Below are positions 33,033 through 42,247 of a stretch of DNA of 64,000 nt, piece after piece (the first letter of the stretch is position 1; each line of letters opens with the position of its first letter). Origin of the DNA: Candidatus Aminicenantes bacterium (GTDB lineage Bacteria > Acidobacteriota > Aminicenantia > Aminicenantales > Saccharicenantaceae); contig JBGLNH010000001.1 of NCBI GenBank assembly GCA_041320535.1, positions 2,106,490 to 2,170,489 of the forward strand. Direction: 5' to 3'. The notes beneath the pieces were generated by a model that was not told where the DNA came from, searched no databases, and saw only the letters and a program-made list of their open reading frames with translations. The translations under genes were made by a program, and so were the position numbers.

Positions 33033-33316
33033 TGGCCGATCTGCTGATGTTCCACGGACGCGAATGCCCCCATTGCCACCGGATGATGCCCCTGGTCGAG
33101 AAGCTCGAAAACGAGACCGGCGTCCGCTTCGAGAAACGCGAAGTCTGGCACGACGAGGCCAACCAGGACCTCATGCGCAGCCACCAGGACGTCTTCAAGG
33201 CCAAGTGCGGCGGCCAGCTCCGCGTCCCGGCCTTCCTCAATCCCGGGACCAAGGACGCCCTCTGCGGCGAAGTCGAGTACGAGAAGCTCAAGGACTGGGC
33301 TCTCAAGCAGTCCTAG
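33029..33316 (+). CDS. Small thioredoxin-fold protein (CPHC active site)
   Basis: ATG 33029 overlaps the upstream TGA (ATGA). MMADLLMFHGRECPHCHRMMPLVEKLE..., 95 aa. Confidence 0.7.
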   Translation: MMADLLMFHGRECPHCHRMMPLVEKLENETGVRFEKREVWHDEANQDLMRSHQDVFKAKCGGQLRVPAFLNPGTKDALCGEVEYEKLKDWALKQS

Positions 33317-33387
33317 CGTCCGTTCCGGGATGCCCTCCGCGGCCGCCCCGCCGGGGCCGGATGGCATCTCATTGGGGAGGTTCGCCG

Positions 33388-34314
33388 ATGATCGAACGCT
33401 TCGATCCGCTCAAGGGCGAACGGCTGCGCGTGCTCGACGACGCCGGCCAGGCGCTGCCCGGACTGGATCCCGGCCTGCCCGACGCCGAGCTCCGGGGCCT
33501 CTACGAACGGATGGTCCGGACGAGGGCGGCCGACGTCAAGGCCGTCAAACTCCAGCGGCAGGGCCGGCTGGGCACCTACCCCCCGAGCCAGGGACACGAG
33601 GCCTGTCAGGTCGGACTGGCCTCGGCCATGGGCCGGGAGGATTGGTTCTTTCCCTACTTCCGCGACCTCGGCGCCTACATCTCCCTCGGCTATCCCCTGG
33701 CCGACTACTTCCACTTCTGGATGGGGAACGAGGCCGGTCTGAGGACGCCCGACGGGCTGAACGTCTTCCCGGTCGCGATCCCGGTGGCTTCCCAGATCCC
33801 CCAGGCCGCCGGAGCGGGCCTGGCCGCGAAGCTCCGCAAGCTGCCCGTCGCCGTCGTCGCCACCTTCGGCGACGGCGCGACCTCCGAGGGGGATTTCCAC
33901 GAGGGCCTGAACTTCGCCGGCGTCTTTCGGACGCCCAACGTCTTCGTCTGCGTCAACAACCAGTTCGCCATCTCCGTGCCCCGGTCCCGGCAGACCGCAT
34001 CGGCGACCATCGCCCAAAAGGCCGTCGCCTACGGCTTTCCCGGGGTCCAGGTCGACGGGAACGACGTGCTGGCCGTCTACGCCGCCGCCCGGGAGGCCCT
34101 GAAAAGGGCCCGGGAGGGCGAAGGCCCGACCTTGATCGAGGCCTACACCTACCGGATGGGCGACCACACCACCTCCGACGACGCCGGCCGCTACCGGACC
34201 AAGGAGGAGGTCGAGGAATGGGCGCGCCGGGACCCGCTGCGGAGATTCCGCCTGCACCTCGGTCTCAAGGGGCTCTGGGACGAGGCTTACGAGGAGCGCG
34301 TCCAGAAGGAGGCC
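33388..34314 (+). CDS. Thiamine-diphosphate-dependent 2-oxoacid dehydrogenase E1 alpha subunit (C-terminal few tens of aa missing)
   Basis: MIERFDPLKGERLRVLDD.., YPPSQGHEA, GDGATSEGDFHEGLNFA, TYRMGDHTTSDD. It breaks after ..ERVQKEA at ~34314. Confidence 0.85.
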
Positions 34315-34595
34315 ATGTCGTTGCCCACGGTGACGTTGAACTTCACCGTGTTGTCCTCGAACGTCAGGTCGGTCATGTCCGAGGTCCCCGAGGCCCCGGT
34401 GTATTTGCCGGCGAGCTTGCCTTCCTTGAGCGCGAACTCGAAGACGAACTCGCGGCTGCCGTCCTCGATCTTGACGTCCCAGGCGCCCAGCAGGGCGTCG
34501 TACTTGGGGGCTTGGGCGGCTCCGGCCGCCGCGAGAGCGACGGCAGCGGCCGCGGTCAGGGCTAAGGTCGCGAAGCGTCGGCGTTCGACGGACAT
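34315..34595 (-). CDS. Secreted small-domain protein, N-terminal ~93 aa (C-terminus missing)
   Basis: [67 protein letters not shown].. is a signal peptide plus a beta-rich domain. It runs into the junction. Confidence 0.5.
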
Positions 34596-34716
34596 AGTTC
34601 TCCTCCAGGACGGGTCTTCTGCGCGTGGGCGATCTTACAACACCCGGAGGCCGCGGGCAAGGGTCAGGCGGAGACCTTCGCCATCAGGCCCGGGACGGCC
34701 TTGCCCCCGCGCTGCG

Positions 34717-34745
34717 TTGACCCCGTGCCGTACCGGTGCTATCCT
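34717..34745 (+). promoter_or_regulatory. Candidate promoter TTGACC-N17-TATCCT upstream of the OmpA-like gene, leaving a ~110-nt leader
   Basis: TTGACC at 34717-34722 and TATCCT at 34740-34745. AAGGAGG lies just before ATG 34857. Confidence 0.35.
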
Positions 34746-34856
34746 TGGCCTGAGGCGGTCCGGCAGGGTAGGAGGGCGAGCGGCCGCCCCGAGGGCCGTA
34801 CCGGCGTCCCGGAACGGCGACTAAACTCTCGATCGCCCTGAGATAAGGAGGCCCCC

Positions 34857-36317
34857 ATGTCCAAGCGCTTAGTCATCGTCGCGGTCCTGACCGCCCTGCT
34901 GGCCGGGCCCGCGCTAGCCACCGCCCAGGAGGTCAAGCTGAACGCCCTGATGCTCCGTCCCGGGAGCTCCGTCGACCTCGCCTTCGCCAAGACGAGCCGC
35001 GCGCCCAACAAGGCGGCCATGCAGGCGACCGTTTCCTTCGACGCCGGACAGTACTCCGTCAAGCTGGTGTTCCAGAGGATGGAGCCGGCCGTGCTCTTCG
35101 CCGGCGACATCTCCGCCTACGTCCTCTGGGCCGTGACCCTGGACGGGTCGGTCGAGAACCTCGGCGAGGTCCCCGTCGACAAGAAGAGCGCCTCGGGCAG
35201 CCAGCTCTATTCCACGACGAAGAGGAACTTCGGCCTCATGGTCACGGCGGAACCCTACTCCACGGTGGCCCGCCCGACGAACATCGTCCTCTTCACCTCG
35301 GGCCTGACGAAGGCCTTGAACACCCAGTACACGCCTTTCTCTTTCAAGGACTTCTCCGGCGAGGCCAAGCCCGCCCTCGACTCGATCGCCATGTTCCAGT
35401 ACAACGACGACACGCCCGCGGCCGTCCGGCAGGCCGCCAAGGCCCTCGAGATGGCCGAAAAGCTCGGCGCCGCCGAGGTCAATCCCAAGGCCGTCCAAGG
35501 CGCCCAGGCCGCCTACGCCAGGGCCTTGGCCGCCAAGTCCAGCAAGACCGCCATGGCCGACCAGGCCCGGGCCGCAGCGCAGCTGGCCTCCCAGGCCATC
35601 AAGGACACGCTCAAGGTCCGCGAGGAGCAGGCCGCCGCCGAGGCCGAGGCCAAGCGCCAGGCCGAGCGGGCCGCCCTCGAGGCCCGGGCCACGACGGCCG
35701 AGGACGAATCGGTGCGGATCGCCCGTCAGCTCAAGGACGTCGAAACGCAGCGCCAGGCCCTGGCCGCCGAAACGGCCGACCTGGCCAAGCTGACCGAGAA
35801 GCTGACCGCCGAGAAGAACGAGATCGTCGCCGAGCGCGACGCCGTCAAGGCCGAGCGGGACCAGGTCGCCGCCGAGCGCGAGGCCATCCGCCGGGAGCGG
35901 GACGAGCTGGCCGGCATGCTCAAGGGCGCGCTGTCGTCGGTCGCCGATACGACCGAATCGGCCCGCGGCGTCGTCGTCAGCCTCTCCGGCATCCTCTTCG
36001 ACGTCGGCAAGGCCACGCTGATGCCCGCGGCCCAGATCTCGGTGGCCAAGCTGGCCGGCATCCTCATGGTCTTCCCCCAGATGAACCTGAGCATCGAGGG
36101 CCACACCGATTCGACCGGCTCGGCCGAGACCAACATGAAGCTGTCCATGGAGCGGGCCCGGACGGTCTACGAGTTCCTGATGGTCCAGGGGATCGCCAGC
36201 GACCGGATGAAGTACCAGGGCTTCGGCCCGGAGAACCCGGTCGCGCCCAACGACACCGAGGCCAACCGGGCCAGGAACCGCCGGGTCGAGGTCGTCCTGA
36301 CGCAGGCCAAGCGTTAG
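34857..36317 (+). CDS. OmpA-family protein: signal peptide, N-terminal domain, long coiled coil, C-terminal OmpA peptidoglycan-binding domain
   Basis: MSKRLVIVAVLTALLAGPALATAQ; an Ala/Glu/Arg-rich heptad region; ..NLSIEGHTDSTGSAETNMKLSMERARTVYEFL..NRRVEVVL. Confidence 0.85.
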   Translation: MSKRLVIVAVLTALLAGPALATAQEVKLNALMLRPGSSVDLAFAKTSRAPNKAAMQATVSFDAGQYSVKLVFQRMEPAVLFAGDISAYVLWAVTLDGSVENLGEVPVDKKSASGSQLYSTTKRNFGLMVTAEPYSTVARPTNIVLFTSGLTKALNTQYTPFSFKDFSGEAKPALDSIAMFQYNDDTPAAVRQAAKALEMAEKLGAAEVNPKAVQGAQAAYARALAAKSSKTAMADQARAAAQLASQAIKDTLKVREEQAAAEAEAKRQAERAALEARATTAEDESVRIARQLKDVETQRQALAAETADLAKLTEKLTAEKNEIVAERDAVKAERDQVAAEREAIRRERDELAGMLKGALSSVADTTESARGVVVSLSGILFDVGKATLMPAAQISVAKLAGILMVFPQMNLSIEGHTDSTGSAETNMKLSMERARTVYEFLMVQGIASDRMKYQGFGPENPVAPNDTEANRARNRRVEVVLTQAKR

Positions 36318-36354
36318 GGGGCGGTCCGGCGCTCGCGCGCCGCGGCGTCCCTGT

Positions 36355-36383
36355 TTGACACGGGCCGGACCGGGGACTATCAT
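36355..36383 (+). promoter_or_regulatory. Promoter TTGACA-N17-TATCAT for the methyltransferase gene
   Basis: TTGACA at 36355-36360 and TATCAT at 36378-36383. Confidence 0.5.
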
Positions 36384-36391
36384 GGCCCTCT

Positions 36392-36418
36392 GCCCCGCGG
36401 GCCACGCCCCGCGGGCCA
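36392..36418 (+). repeat. Tandem 13-nt direct repeat GCCCCGCGGGCCA x2, each containing the palindrome CCCGCGGG, in the 5' leader
   Basis: Copies at 36392-36404 and 36406-36418, lying between the -10 box and the RBS of the methyltransferase gene. Confidence 0.6.
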
Positions 36419-36440
36419 TTCGCCCGCTTGGAGGGTCGCG

Positions 36441-37340
36441 ATGAAAAAAACCCTTGCCGTCCTCTACCTGGCCCTGTTCGCCCTGCCGGCGCTCGTCCTT
36501 CCGATCCCGGCCCAGGACCTCGTCTGGGACCAGTACCGCGGCTACGACGTGCCCTTCGTCCCGACGCCGCCGGAGGTCGTCGACGAGATGCTCAAGCTCG
36601 TCCGGCCGAAGCCGGGGGACGTCCTCTACGACCTCGGCTGCGGCGACGGCCGGATCGTCATCGCGGCCGCCCAGAAGTACGGGGTCAAGGCCCTGGGCAT
36701 CGACATCGATCCCGTGCGCATCGCCGAGAGCAACGAGAACGCCGCCCAGGCCGGCCTCGGCGGCAAGGTCCGCTTCATCCAGCAGGACCTCTTCGAGGCC
36801 GACTTCCACGACGCGACGGTCGTCACCATGTACCTCCTGACCTCGGTCAACCTGCGGCTCCGGCCGAAGCTCCTGACCGAGCTCAAGCCGGGGACGCGCC
36901 TCGTCTCGCACAGCTTCGACATGGGGGACTGGCGGCCGGACAGGTCCTCGCTCGTCGAGACGAGCTACGGCGACGAGCGCAACGTCTACTTCTGGGTCGT
37001 TCCCGCCAACGTCAGCGGGCGCTGGGAATGGGAGGTGGCGGCCGGGAAGGAAAAGCGCCGCTTCGCCCTCCAGGCGGTCCAGGAGTTCCAGTCCGTGTCG
37101 GCTTCGGGCACCGAAGGGACCTGGCTCGTCGCCGTGAACGACGTCGTCCTCGTCGGGGACCGCATCTCCTTCCGGCTCGACACCGAGGCCGACGGCAAGA
37201 TGGCCTCTTTCCTCTACGAGGGGACGGCGCAGGGCGACACGATCGCGGGGACGTTCAAGCCGGCCGGCGACCCCAAGGCCGCGCCGGTCAAGTGGAAGGC
37301 CGTCCGCGATCCCAAGACGGCCGTCCCGATCGCCAAGTGA
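36441..37340 (+). CDS. Class I SAM-dependent methyltransferase with an N-terminal signal peptide
   Basis: MKKTLAVLYLALFALPALVLPIPAQ, then VLYDLGCGDGRIVIAAAQ (motif I) and a C-terminal beta-rich domain. Length 299 aa. Confidence 0.75.
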   Translation: MKKTLAVLYLALFALPALVLPIPAQDLVWDQYRGYDVPFVPTPPEVVDEMLKLVRPKPGDVLYDLGCGDGRIVIAAAQKYGVKALGIDIDPVRIAESNENAAQAGLGGKVRFIQQDLFEADFHDATVVTMYLLTSVNLRLRPKLLTELKPGTRLVSHSFDMGDWRPDRSSLVETSYGDERNVYFWVVPANVSGRWEWEVAAGKEKRRFALQAVQEFQSVSASGTEGTWLVAVNDVVLVGDRISFRLDTEADGKMASFLYEGTAQGDTIAGTFKPAGDPKAAPVKWKAVRDPKTAVPIAK

Positions 37341-37357
37341 GCGGGGGCCGCCCGCCG

Positions 37358-38035
37358 TCAGTCGAGGGAGAAAGCGCGCGATGACACGGCCATGAGGGCG
37401 ACCAGGCCGGCATCGAGGTCGGCCAGGCTGTCGCAGCCGGGCGGCGTCTGTCCCCCGATCCGGCGACGGAGCTTCTCGAGGTAGGAGAAACGGACCGGGA
37501 AGCCCCGTCCGGCCCGCCGGACGAAGGCCCCCCCGAAATAGCGCCGGTGCTTGCCCGCCGCTTCCCGGAACATCAGCGTCATCCCGCCGGCGATGGCGTC
37601 GCAAAGGGCGGCCCGCCGCGGCGTCGCCTCCCGCCGGGCCCGTTCGAGGACGGCCGAGAGGTAATTCTCGAGGCGGGCGGCGGTCGCGTCGAGAGGGGTC
37701 CGGCCGGCCTGCGCCGAAAAGACGGTCCGGTGCCCGCGGCGCGCGTCCTCGGCGACGTCCTGGAGGTCGTCGGCGAGCTGGAGGAACGTCCCGAACCCGA
37801 AGCAGAACTCCTCGTCGGAAGGCGCGAGGGCGCCGGCGACGAGGTAGCCGTCGGCGAGCACCGAGGTCCCGCCCTTTTCCAAGCTTATGGCCAGGATGTC
37901 GTCCGGAGACGAGGCCGCGTAGGCTCGCTTGAGGTCGCCCGCGGCTCCGGTGCCCGCCGTCGAGTCTGCGGCGGCGGCGGCGTAGTGCTCTTCGACGAGG
38001 TGCACGATGATCTCGCCGTCGTTGTCGGAGGCCAC
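37358..38035 (-). CDS. Isoprenoid-synthase-superfamily protein (squalene/phytoene-synthase-like), C-terminal half
   Basis: ..FGFGTFLQLADDLQDVAEDARRGHRTVFS.. is a second Asp-rich motif context. It begins only at GTG 38035, with an in-frame TGA at 38060-38062. The first Asp-rich region is absent. Confidence 0.55.
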   Translation of the reverse strand: MASDNDGEIIVHLVEEHYAAAAADSTAGTGAAGDLKRAYAASSPDDILAISLEKGGTSVLADGYLVAGALAPSDEEFCFGFGTFLQLADDLQDVAEDARRGHRTVFSAQAGRTPLDATAARLENYLSAVLERARREATPRRAALCDAIAGGMTLMFREAAGKHRRYFGGAFVRRAGRGFPVRFSYLEKLRRRIGGQTPPGCDSLADLDAGLVALMAVSSRAFSLD

Positions 38036-38263
38036 CGCTCCGTTCGCTGCGGTGACTTTTCACGCCGTCCCGGTCCGGAGCCCGTTCTAAGGTCTCCGTC
38101 CCGAGGCCGGCTAAGTCACCGCTTCATGCTCACTCCGGGATACCCCTCGACCCCGTCTACCCGCGGCCTCGACGTCCGTTATTCCGCCCTTTCCCTAAAG
38201 CGAAAACCTGTTTGGGAGGAACGTCCGGAACGTCGATGCCCGGGAGTTGGGCGGGGACAGCCC

Positions 38264-39982
38264 CTAACGGGCTTCGAGCCAGAAGGGCATGACGGCCCAG
38301 ATCCGGGTGCCCTCCATGAGCCGGGCGGTCTCGAGGGCCCGCTCCAGGCCGGAGCGGCTCTTGAGGTCGAGGCCGAGCGCGGGCCGCGAGAAGAGCGACT
38401 GCCAGAAGGAGCGCTTGCGCGGCCAGACGTCGAGACGAACGTCCTCGTCGGCGTCGATCCCGGCCTCTCTCTTGGCGATCCCCAGGGCCATGGTCAGCCC
38501 GCCGAGCTCGTCGACCAGCCGGACGTCCTTGGCCTGCCGCCCCGTCCACACGCGGCCGCGGCCGACGGCGTCGACCTCGTCGCGGGCGAGGCCGCGGCCC
38601 TCGGCGGCCTTCTCCAGGAACCGCTCGTAGGTCCAGAGGATCTCCTCCTTGAGGACGCGGCGCTCCTCGGCCGTGAACGGCCGGAAGAGCGAGAAGACGT
38701 CCGCCCTGGCGCCGTAGGCGAGCCGCTCCGAGGTGACGCCGAGCTTCCCGAGCAGCCCGTCGATGCTGAACTTGCCGGCCAGCACGCCGATCGAGCCGGT
38801 CAGCGTCTGAGGCTGGGCGACGATCTTCGTCGCCGGCATGGCGATCCAGTACCCGCCCGAACCGGCGACGTCGGACATGGAGACGACCACGGGCTTGGCC
38901 TTCCGGGCCAGCGCGACCTCGCGCCCGATGACGTCCGAGCCGACCGACGATCCGCCCGGGCTGTCGACGCGCAGGACGATGGCCTTGACCGAGGGGTCCC
39001 TGCGGGCGGAGCGGATCCAGCGGGCCACGGTCGACCCGCCCATGACCGAGGGCAGGCTCTCGCCGGTCATGATCGTCCCGACGGCGTAGATCAAGGCCAC
39101 CTTGTTCCGGCCCGTCTCGAGGCCGACCGCGGCCGGCTTGACCCGCGAATAGTCGTCGAAGCGGACCCGGGCGAGCGGGCGCCCGTCGCGGCCGAGGAGC
39201 TCTTCGATCTCGTCCTCGTAGAGGCAGTCGTCGACGAGGCCGGCCTCCTTGGCCTTGGCGCCCTGGAAGAAGCCCCGGTCGACGAGGGCCCGGAACTCGG
39301 CCTCGGTCTTGCCGCGGGCCTTGGCCGCCGCGGCGACGTACTGGGCGAAGAGGTCGTCGTAGATCGACACCATCTCCTCCCGGTGGGCGGGCGTGAACCC
39401 CTTCTCGGTGAACATGTTGGCCGCGGTCTTGTACTCCTCGACGTGCTCGAACTCGGCCCGGACGCCGAGCTTGTCGAGGGCGCCCTTGAGGAACGGGACG
39501 TCGCCCCCGAGGCCGTTGACGCCGAGCCAGCCGAGCGGGTGGAGGACGATCCGGTCGCAGGCCGTGGCCACGAAGTACTCCTTGTCGAAGTCGGGGGCCT
39601 CCTCGACGACGGCGTAGACACGCTTTCCGGAGCGGCGGAAGTCGAGGATGGCCTCGCGCATCTCGGCGGCCTTGGCCCAGTCGCATTGCAGGAGGCCGAA
39701 GCGGAGGAGGACGGCCTGTATCCGGGCGTCGACCTTGGCCTTGCGCAGGTTCGACCAGAAGTCGTGGACGGCCAGCGGCTTCGTGCCGAGGAGGAAAGCG
39801 GTGACGGGGTCGGGCGGGGCGATCTCGGCCACGGGGCCCGCGAGCCGGACCTCGAGATAGCCGCGGCCGGGGATCTCGACGGCCGAGCCGCCGATGTCCT
39901 CGAGAAGGACGAGGAAAAGGCCGACCGCGGCCAGGAGGAAGAAGAACAGGACGATCAGGCCGACGTAAGCGGATCTTCGCAT
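38264..39982 (-). CDS. sppA: Signal peptide peptidase SppA, 67K type (tandem S49 domains)
   Basis: ATG 39982; MRRSAYVGLIVLFFFLLAAVGLFLVLL TM segment; ..LRVDSPGGSSVGS.. and ..MSDVAGSGGYWIA.. Confidence 0.85.
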   Translation of the reverse strand: MRRSAYVGLIVLFFFLLAAVGLFLVLLEDIGGSAVEIPGRGYLEVRLAGPVAEIAPPDPVTAFLLGTKPLAVHDFWSNLRKAKVDARIQAVLLRFGLLQCDWAKAAEMREAILDFRRSGKRVYAVVEEAPDFDKEYFVATACDRIVLHPLGWLGVNGLGGDVPFLKGALDKLGVRAEFEHVEEYKTAANMFTEKGFTPAHREEMVSIYDDLFAQYVAAAAKARGKTEAEFRALVDRGFFQGAKAKEAGLVDDCLYEDEIEELLGRDGRPLARVRFDDYSRVKPAAVGLETGRNKVALIYAVGTIMTGESLPSVMGGSTVARWIRSARRDPSVKAIVLRVDSPGGSSVGSDVIGREVALARKAKPVVVSMSDVAGSGGYWIAMPATKIVAQPQTLTGSIGVLAGKFSIDGLLGKLGVTSERLAYGARADVFSLFRPFTAEERRVLKEEILWTYERFLEKAAEGRGLARDEVDAVGRGRVWTGRQAKDVRLVDELGGLTMALGIAKREAGIDADEDVRLDVWPRKRSFWQSLFSRPALGLDLKSRSGLERALETARLMEGTRIWAVMPFWLEAR

Positions 39983-40153
39983 GGTCGCTCCTCGTTCCGG
40001 GTCCTTCAATCTACACCAGACCGGGCTTGATTTCAAACTTCGCCCGGTGGCACAATGGCCTCGCCTCCCGCCGCGGCCGGGCGGGATCTCGTCGAGGGGC
40101 TCGCCCGGAGTAAACTTTGGGGGGAGGGCGGTCGTTGTACCCTGTGAGGTCCC

Positions 40154-40744
40154 ATGAGTGACGTGTCGACGTGCCGGGAGATCGGGACGGCGGAGATCGC
40201 CGTCCTCCTCGAGCGCGTCCAGGCCGGGGACCGCGAGGCGTTCATGGCCGTCATCCGGCTCTACCAGCGGAAGGTCTTCGTGCTGGCCTACTCCATCCTC
40301 CGCGACCGCGAGGATGCCCTCGACGCCGTCCAGGAGACCTTCCTCAAGCTCTACCAGAAGGCCGGGTTGTACAGGCCGGGCAACTCCTTCCAGGGCTGGC
40401 TCCTCCAGATCGCCAAGAACGTCAGCATCGACAGCTACCGGAGACGGCGCCGGAAGAAGCAGGACTGGGAAACGTCCACGCCGATCGAGGAGATCCCCAT
40501 CGCGGTCGAGGACCGGGCCGGTGATTCGGCCGCCTCCGACCTCCGGCGCGCCTTCGCCCGGTCGGTCGAGACGCTGGCCGAGCGGCAGAGGATGGTCTTC
40601 GTCATGCGCCACTACAACGAGCTCCCGTTCAGCGAGATCTCGGAAGCCATGAGGATCTCGGTCGGGACGGCCAAGTCGCTCCATTTCAAGGCCGTCCAGA
40701 ACCTCCGCAAGCGCCTCGCGCCGGTCCTGGGGATAGGCCCATGA
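40154..40744 (+). CDS. ECF-type RNA polymerase sigma-70 family factor
   Basis: ..FMAVIRLYQRKVFVLAYSILRDREDALDAVQETFLKLY.. (region 2) and ..LPFSEISEAMRISVGTAKSLHFKAVQNLR.. (region 4). Confidence 0.85.
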   Translation: MSDVSTCREIGTAEIAVLLERVQAGDREAFMAVIRLYQRKVFVLAYSILRDREDALDAVQETFLKLYQKAGLYRPGNSFQGWLLQIAKNVSIDSYRRRRRKKQDWETSTPIEEIPIAVEDRAGDSAASDLRRAFARSVETLAERQRMVFVMRHYNELPFSEISEAMRISVGTAKSLHFKAVQNLRKRLAPVLGIGP

Positions 40745-41538
40745 GCAAGTGCGCGCTGACCAAGGCGGAGCGAGAGGCCCTCTTAGGGGGCGTCCCGGAG
40801 GAGGGGAGGAGGCGGGTCATGGACGAACATCTCGACAAGTGCCCGGAGTGCCGCTCCGAGGCCGCCGCCGTCGAGCGGCTCCTCAAGGAGACGGAGGCCG
40901 TCCGGTCGGAGATCCGCGAGGCGGTCTCGTCGGTCGACTGGGAGGCCCTGCCGGCGCTGATCGCCGAGCGGGCCTTGGCCGCGTCGACGGCGCCCGCCCG
41001 CGCGGCCTCGAGCCCGGCGCCGCGGGACCGGTTCGCCTTCCTCCTCATGAGACCGGTCCTGGCCGGGCTCCTGGCCGGGCTCGTCGTCGGCGCGGCGGCC
41101 ATGTACTTCGTCCTGAGGGCCCCCGGGTCCCGGCCGGAGCCGGACCTCGGGTTCCACGCCTCCGGCGAGTTCCTCGACCGGGCCGAGCTCGAGATGGCCC
41201 GCCGGAACACCCTGGATTACCTGGAGAAGAGCCAGTACCTCCTGCTCGACGTCTTCGAGTCGGCGGCCGCCGGGCGGACCGCGCCGGCCGTGCTCGGGTC
41301 GGAACAGACCCGGGACCTCCTGGCCCGCAAGAAGTACCTCAACGGTCCGCTGGAGCGGTTCCAGATGGCCAAGGCCAAGGCCATCTGCGACCAGATCGAG
41401 ATGCTGTTCCGGGAGCTCTCCGGGATCAGCGAGGAGATGTCCGCGGCCGAGCTCGAGAGGATCAGGGACTTCGTCGAGGAGCGCCAGATCCTCCTCAAGA
41501 TCAACCTGGTCCGCAAGGAGCTCGAAAGAGAGATCTGA
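40741..41538 (+). CDS. Anti-sigma factor (zf-HC2 type, single TM)
   Basis: ATGA overlap with the sigma gene; HLDKCPECRSE motif; TM segment PVLAGLLAGLVVGAAAMYFVL. Confidence 0.7.
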   Translation: MSKCALTKAEREALLGGVPEEGRRRVMDEHLDKCPECRSEAAAVERLLKETEAVRSEIREAVSSVDWEALPALIAERALAASTAPARAASSPAPRDRFAFLLMRPVLAGLLAGLVVGAAAMYFVLRAPGSRPEPDLGFHASGEFLDRAELEMARRNTLDYLEKSQYLLLDVFESAAAGRTAPAVLGSEQTRDLLARKKYLNGPLERFQMAKAKAICDQIEMLFRELSGISEEMSAAELERIRDFVEERQILLKINLVRKELEREI

Positions 41539-41539
41539 C

Positions 41540-41755
41540 ATGAGAAAGACGATCGCCTTCATCGGGCTCGCCGTCATCCTGTCGCTCGGCCCGGGCCTCC
41601 GGGCCCAGGCGGCCGGGGACGAGGCGCTTTTCCGCGAGGTCAAGCTCCTCGTCTTCGACAAGGACTGGCGGGCCGCCCTGGACAAGATCGGGGAGCTCGG
41701 CGCGAAGCACCCGTCGAGCCCCTTCGTCGGCCAGGCCCTCTTCTATAAAGGAGAG
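41540..41755 (+). CDS. Secreted TPR/YbgF-like protein, N-terminal ~70 aa only
   Basis: MRKTIAFIGLAVILSLGPGLRAQAAGDEALFREVKLLVFDKDWRAALDKI..GQALFYKGE, then the junction. Confidence 0.45.
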
Positions 41756-41757
41756 TA

Positions 41758-42156
41758 GGTCTTCTTCAGCTCCTCGGGCTGCCGGAAGTTGGCGTGCTCG
41801 GGGTTGGTCGAGTTGACGGCCAGCCAGACGACCTGTTTGTCCCGGGCCGCCTTCTTGGGGACGGGATGGCGCAGGGGGCCGGCCGTGAAGCCCTCGGGGA
41901 GCGTCCAACGGGCGTTAGGGGCCAGCCCGGCGTCGCCGGGATTGACCCAGTAGAGATGCCAGCCCGGCTCGAGCTCGACCTGGAAGCCCAGCGTGACAGG
42001 GCCGGCGTTCCCGGCCTCGACGACGACGAACCGGGCGCTCTTCAGGGGGAATTCCGGCCCGGCGGGCGCGGAGCCGGCGCGGGCGGAGGCCGGAAGGGCT
42101 TGGGTCAGAAGGAGAGGCACGAGAAGGAGGATCGATGCCGGCCCGCGTCTTTTCAT
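41758..42156 (-). CDS. Secreted protein with a DsbD-N-terminal-like (DsbC/DsbD domain) region, C-terminus missing
   Basis: MKRRGPASILLLVPLLLTQALPASA signal; ..LEPGWHLYWVNPGDAGLAPNARWTLPEGF... Codon bias holds until ~41758. Confidence 0.55.
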
Positions 42157-42170
42157 GAGTCGACACGGCC

Positions 42171-42199
42171 ATTTTACAGGGCCGGGGGCCCCGAGTCAA
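42171..42199 (-). promoter_or_regulatory. Promoter TTGACT-N17-TAAAAT for the DsbD-like gene (short leader)
   Basis: TTGACT is the complement of 42194-42199 and TAAAAT the complement of 42171-42176. Confidence 0.45.
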
Positions 42200-42247
42200 T
42201 AAAGACTATGGGAATTATAGGAAATACCCGCTCCGGATCCCGTCGCG

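Noticed and set aside
38036-38263. A 228-nt non-coding stretch with an 8-bp stem (GGTGACTT...AAGTCACC) and a GAGGAACGTCCGG motif reminiscent of the RNase P RNA P4 region.
   Set aside because: It is too short for RNase P RNA and lacks the other conserved elements. It contains an inferred block junction, and no SRP, tmRNA or 6S hallmarks were seen. It would need a covariance-model scan to revisit.
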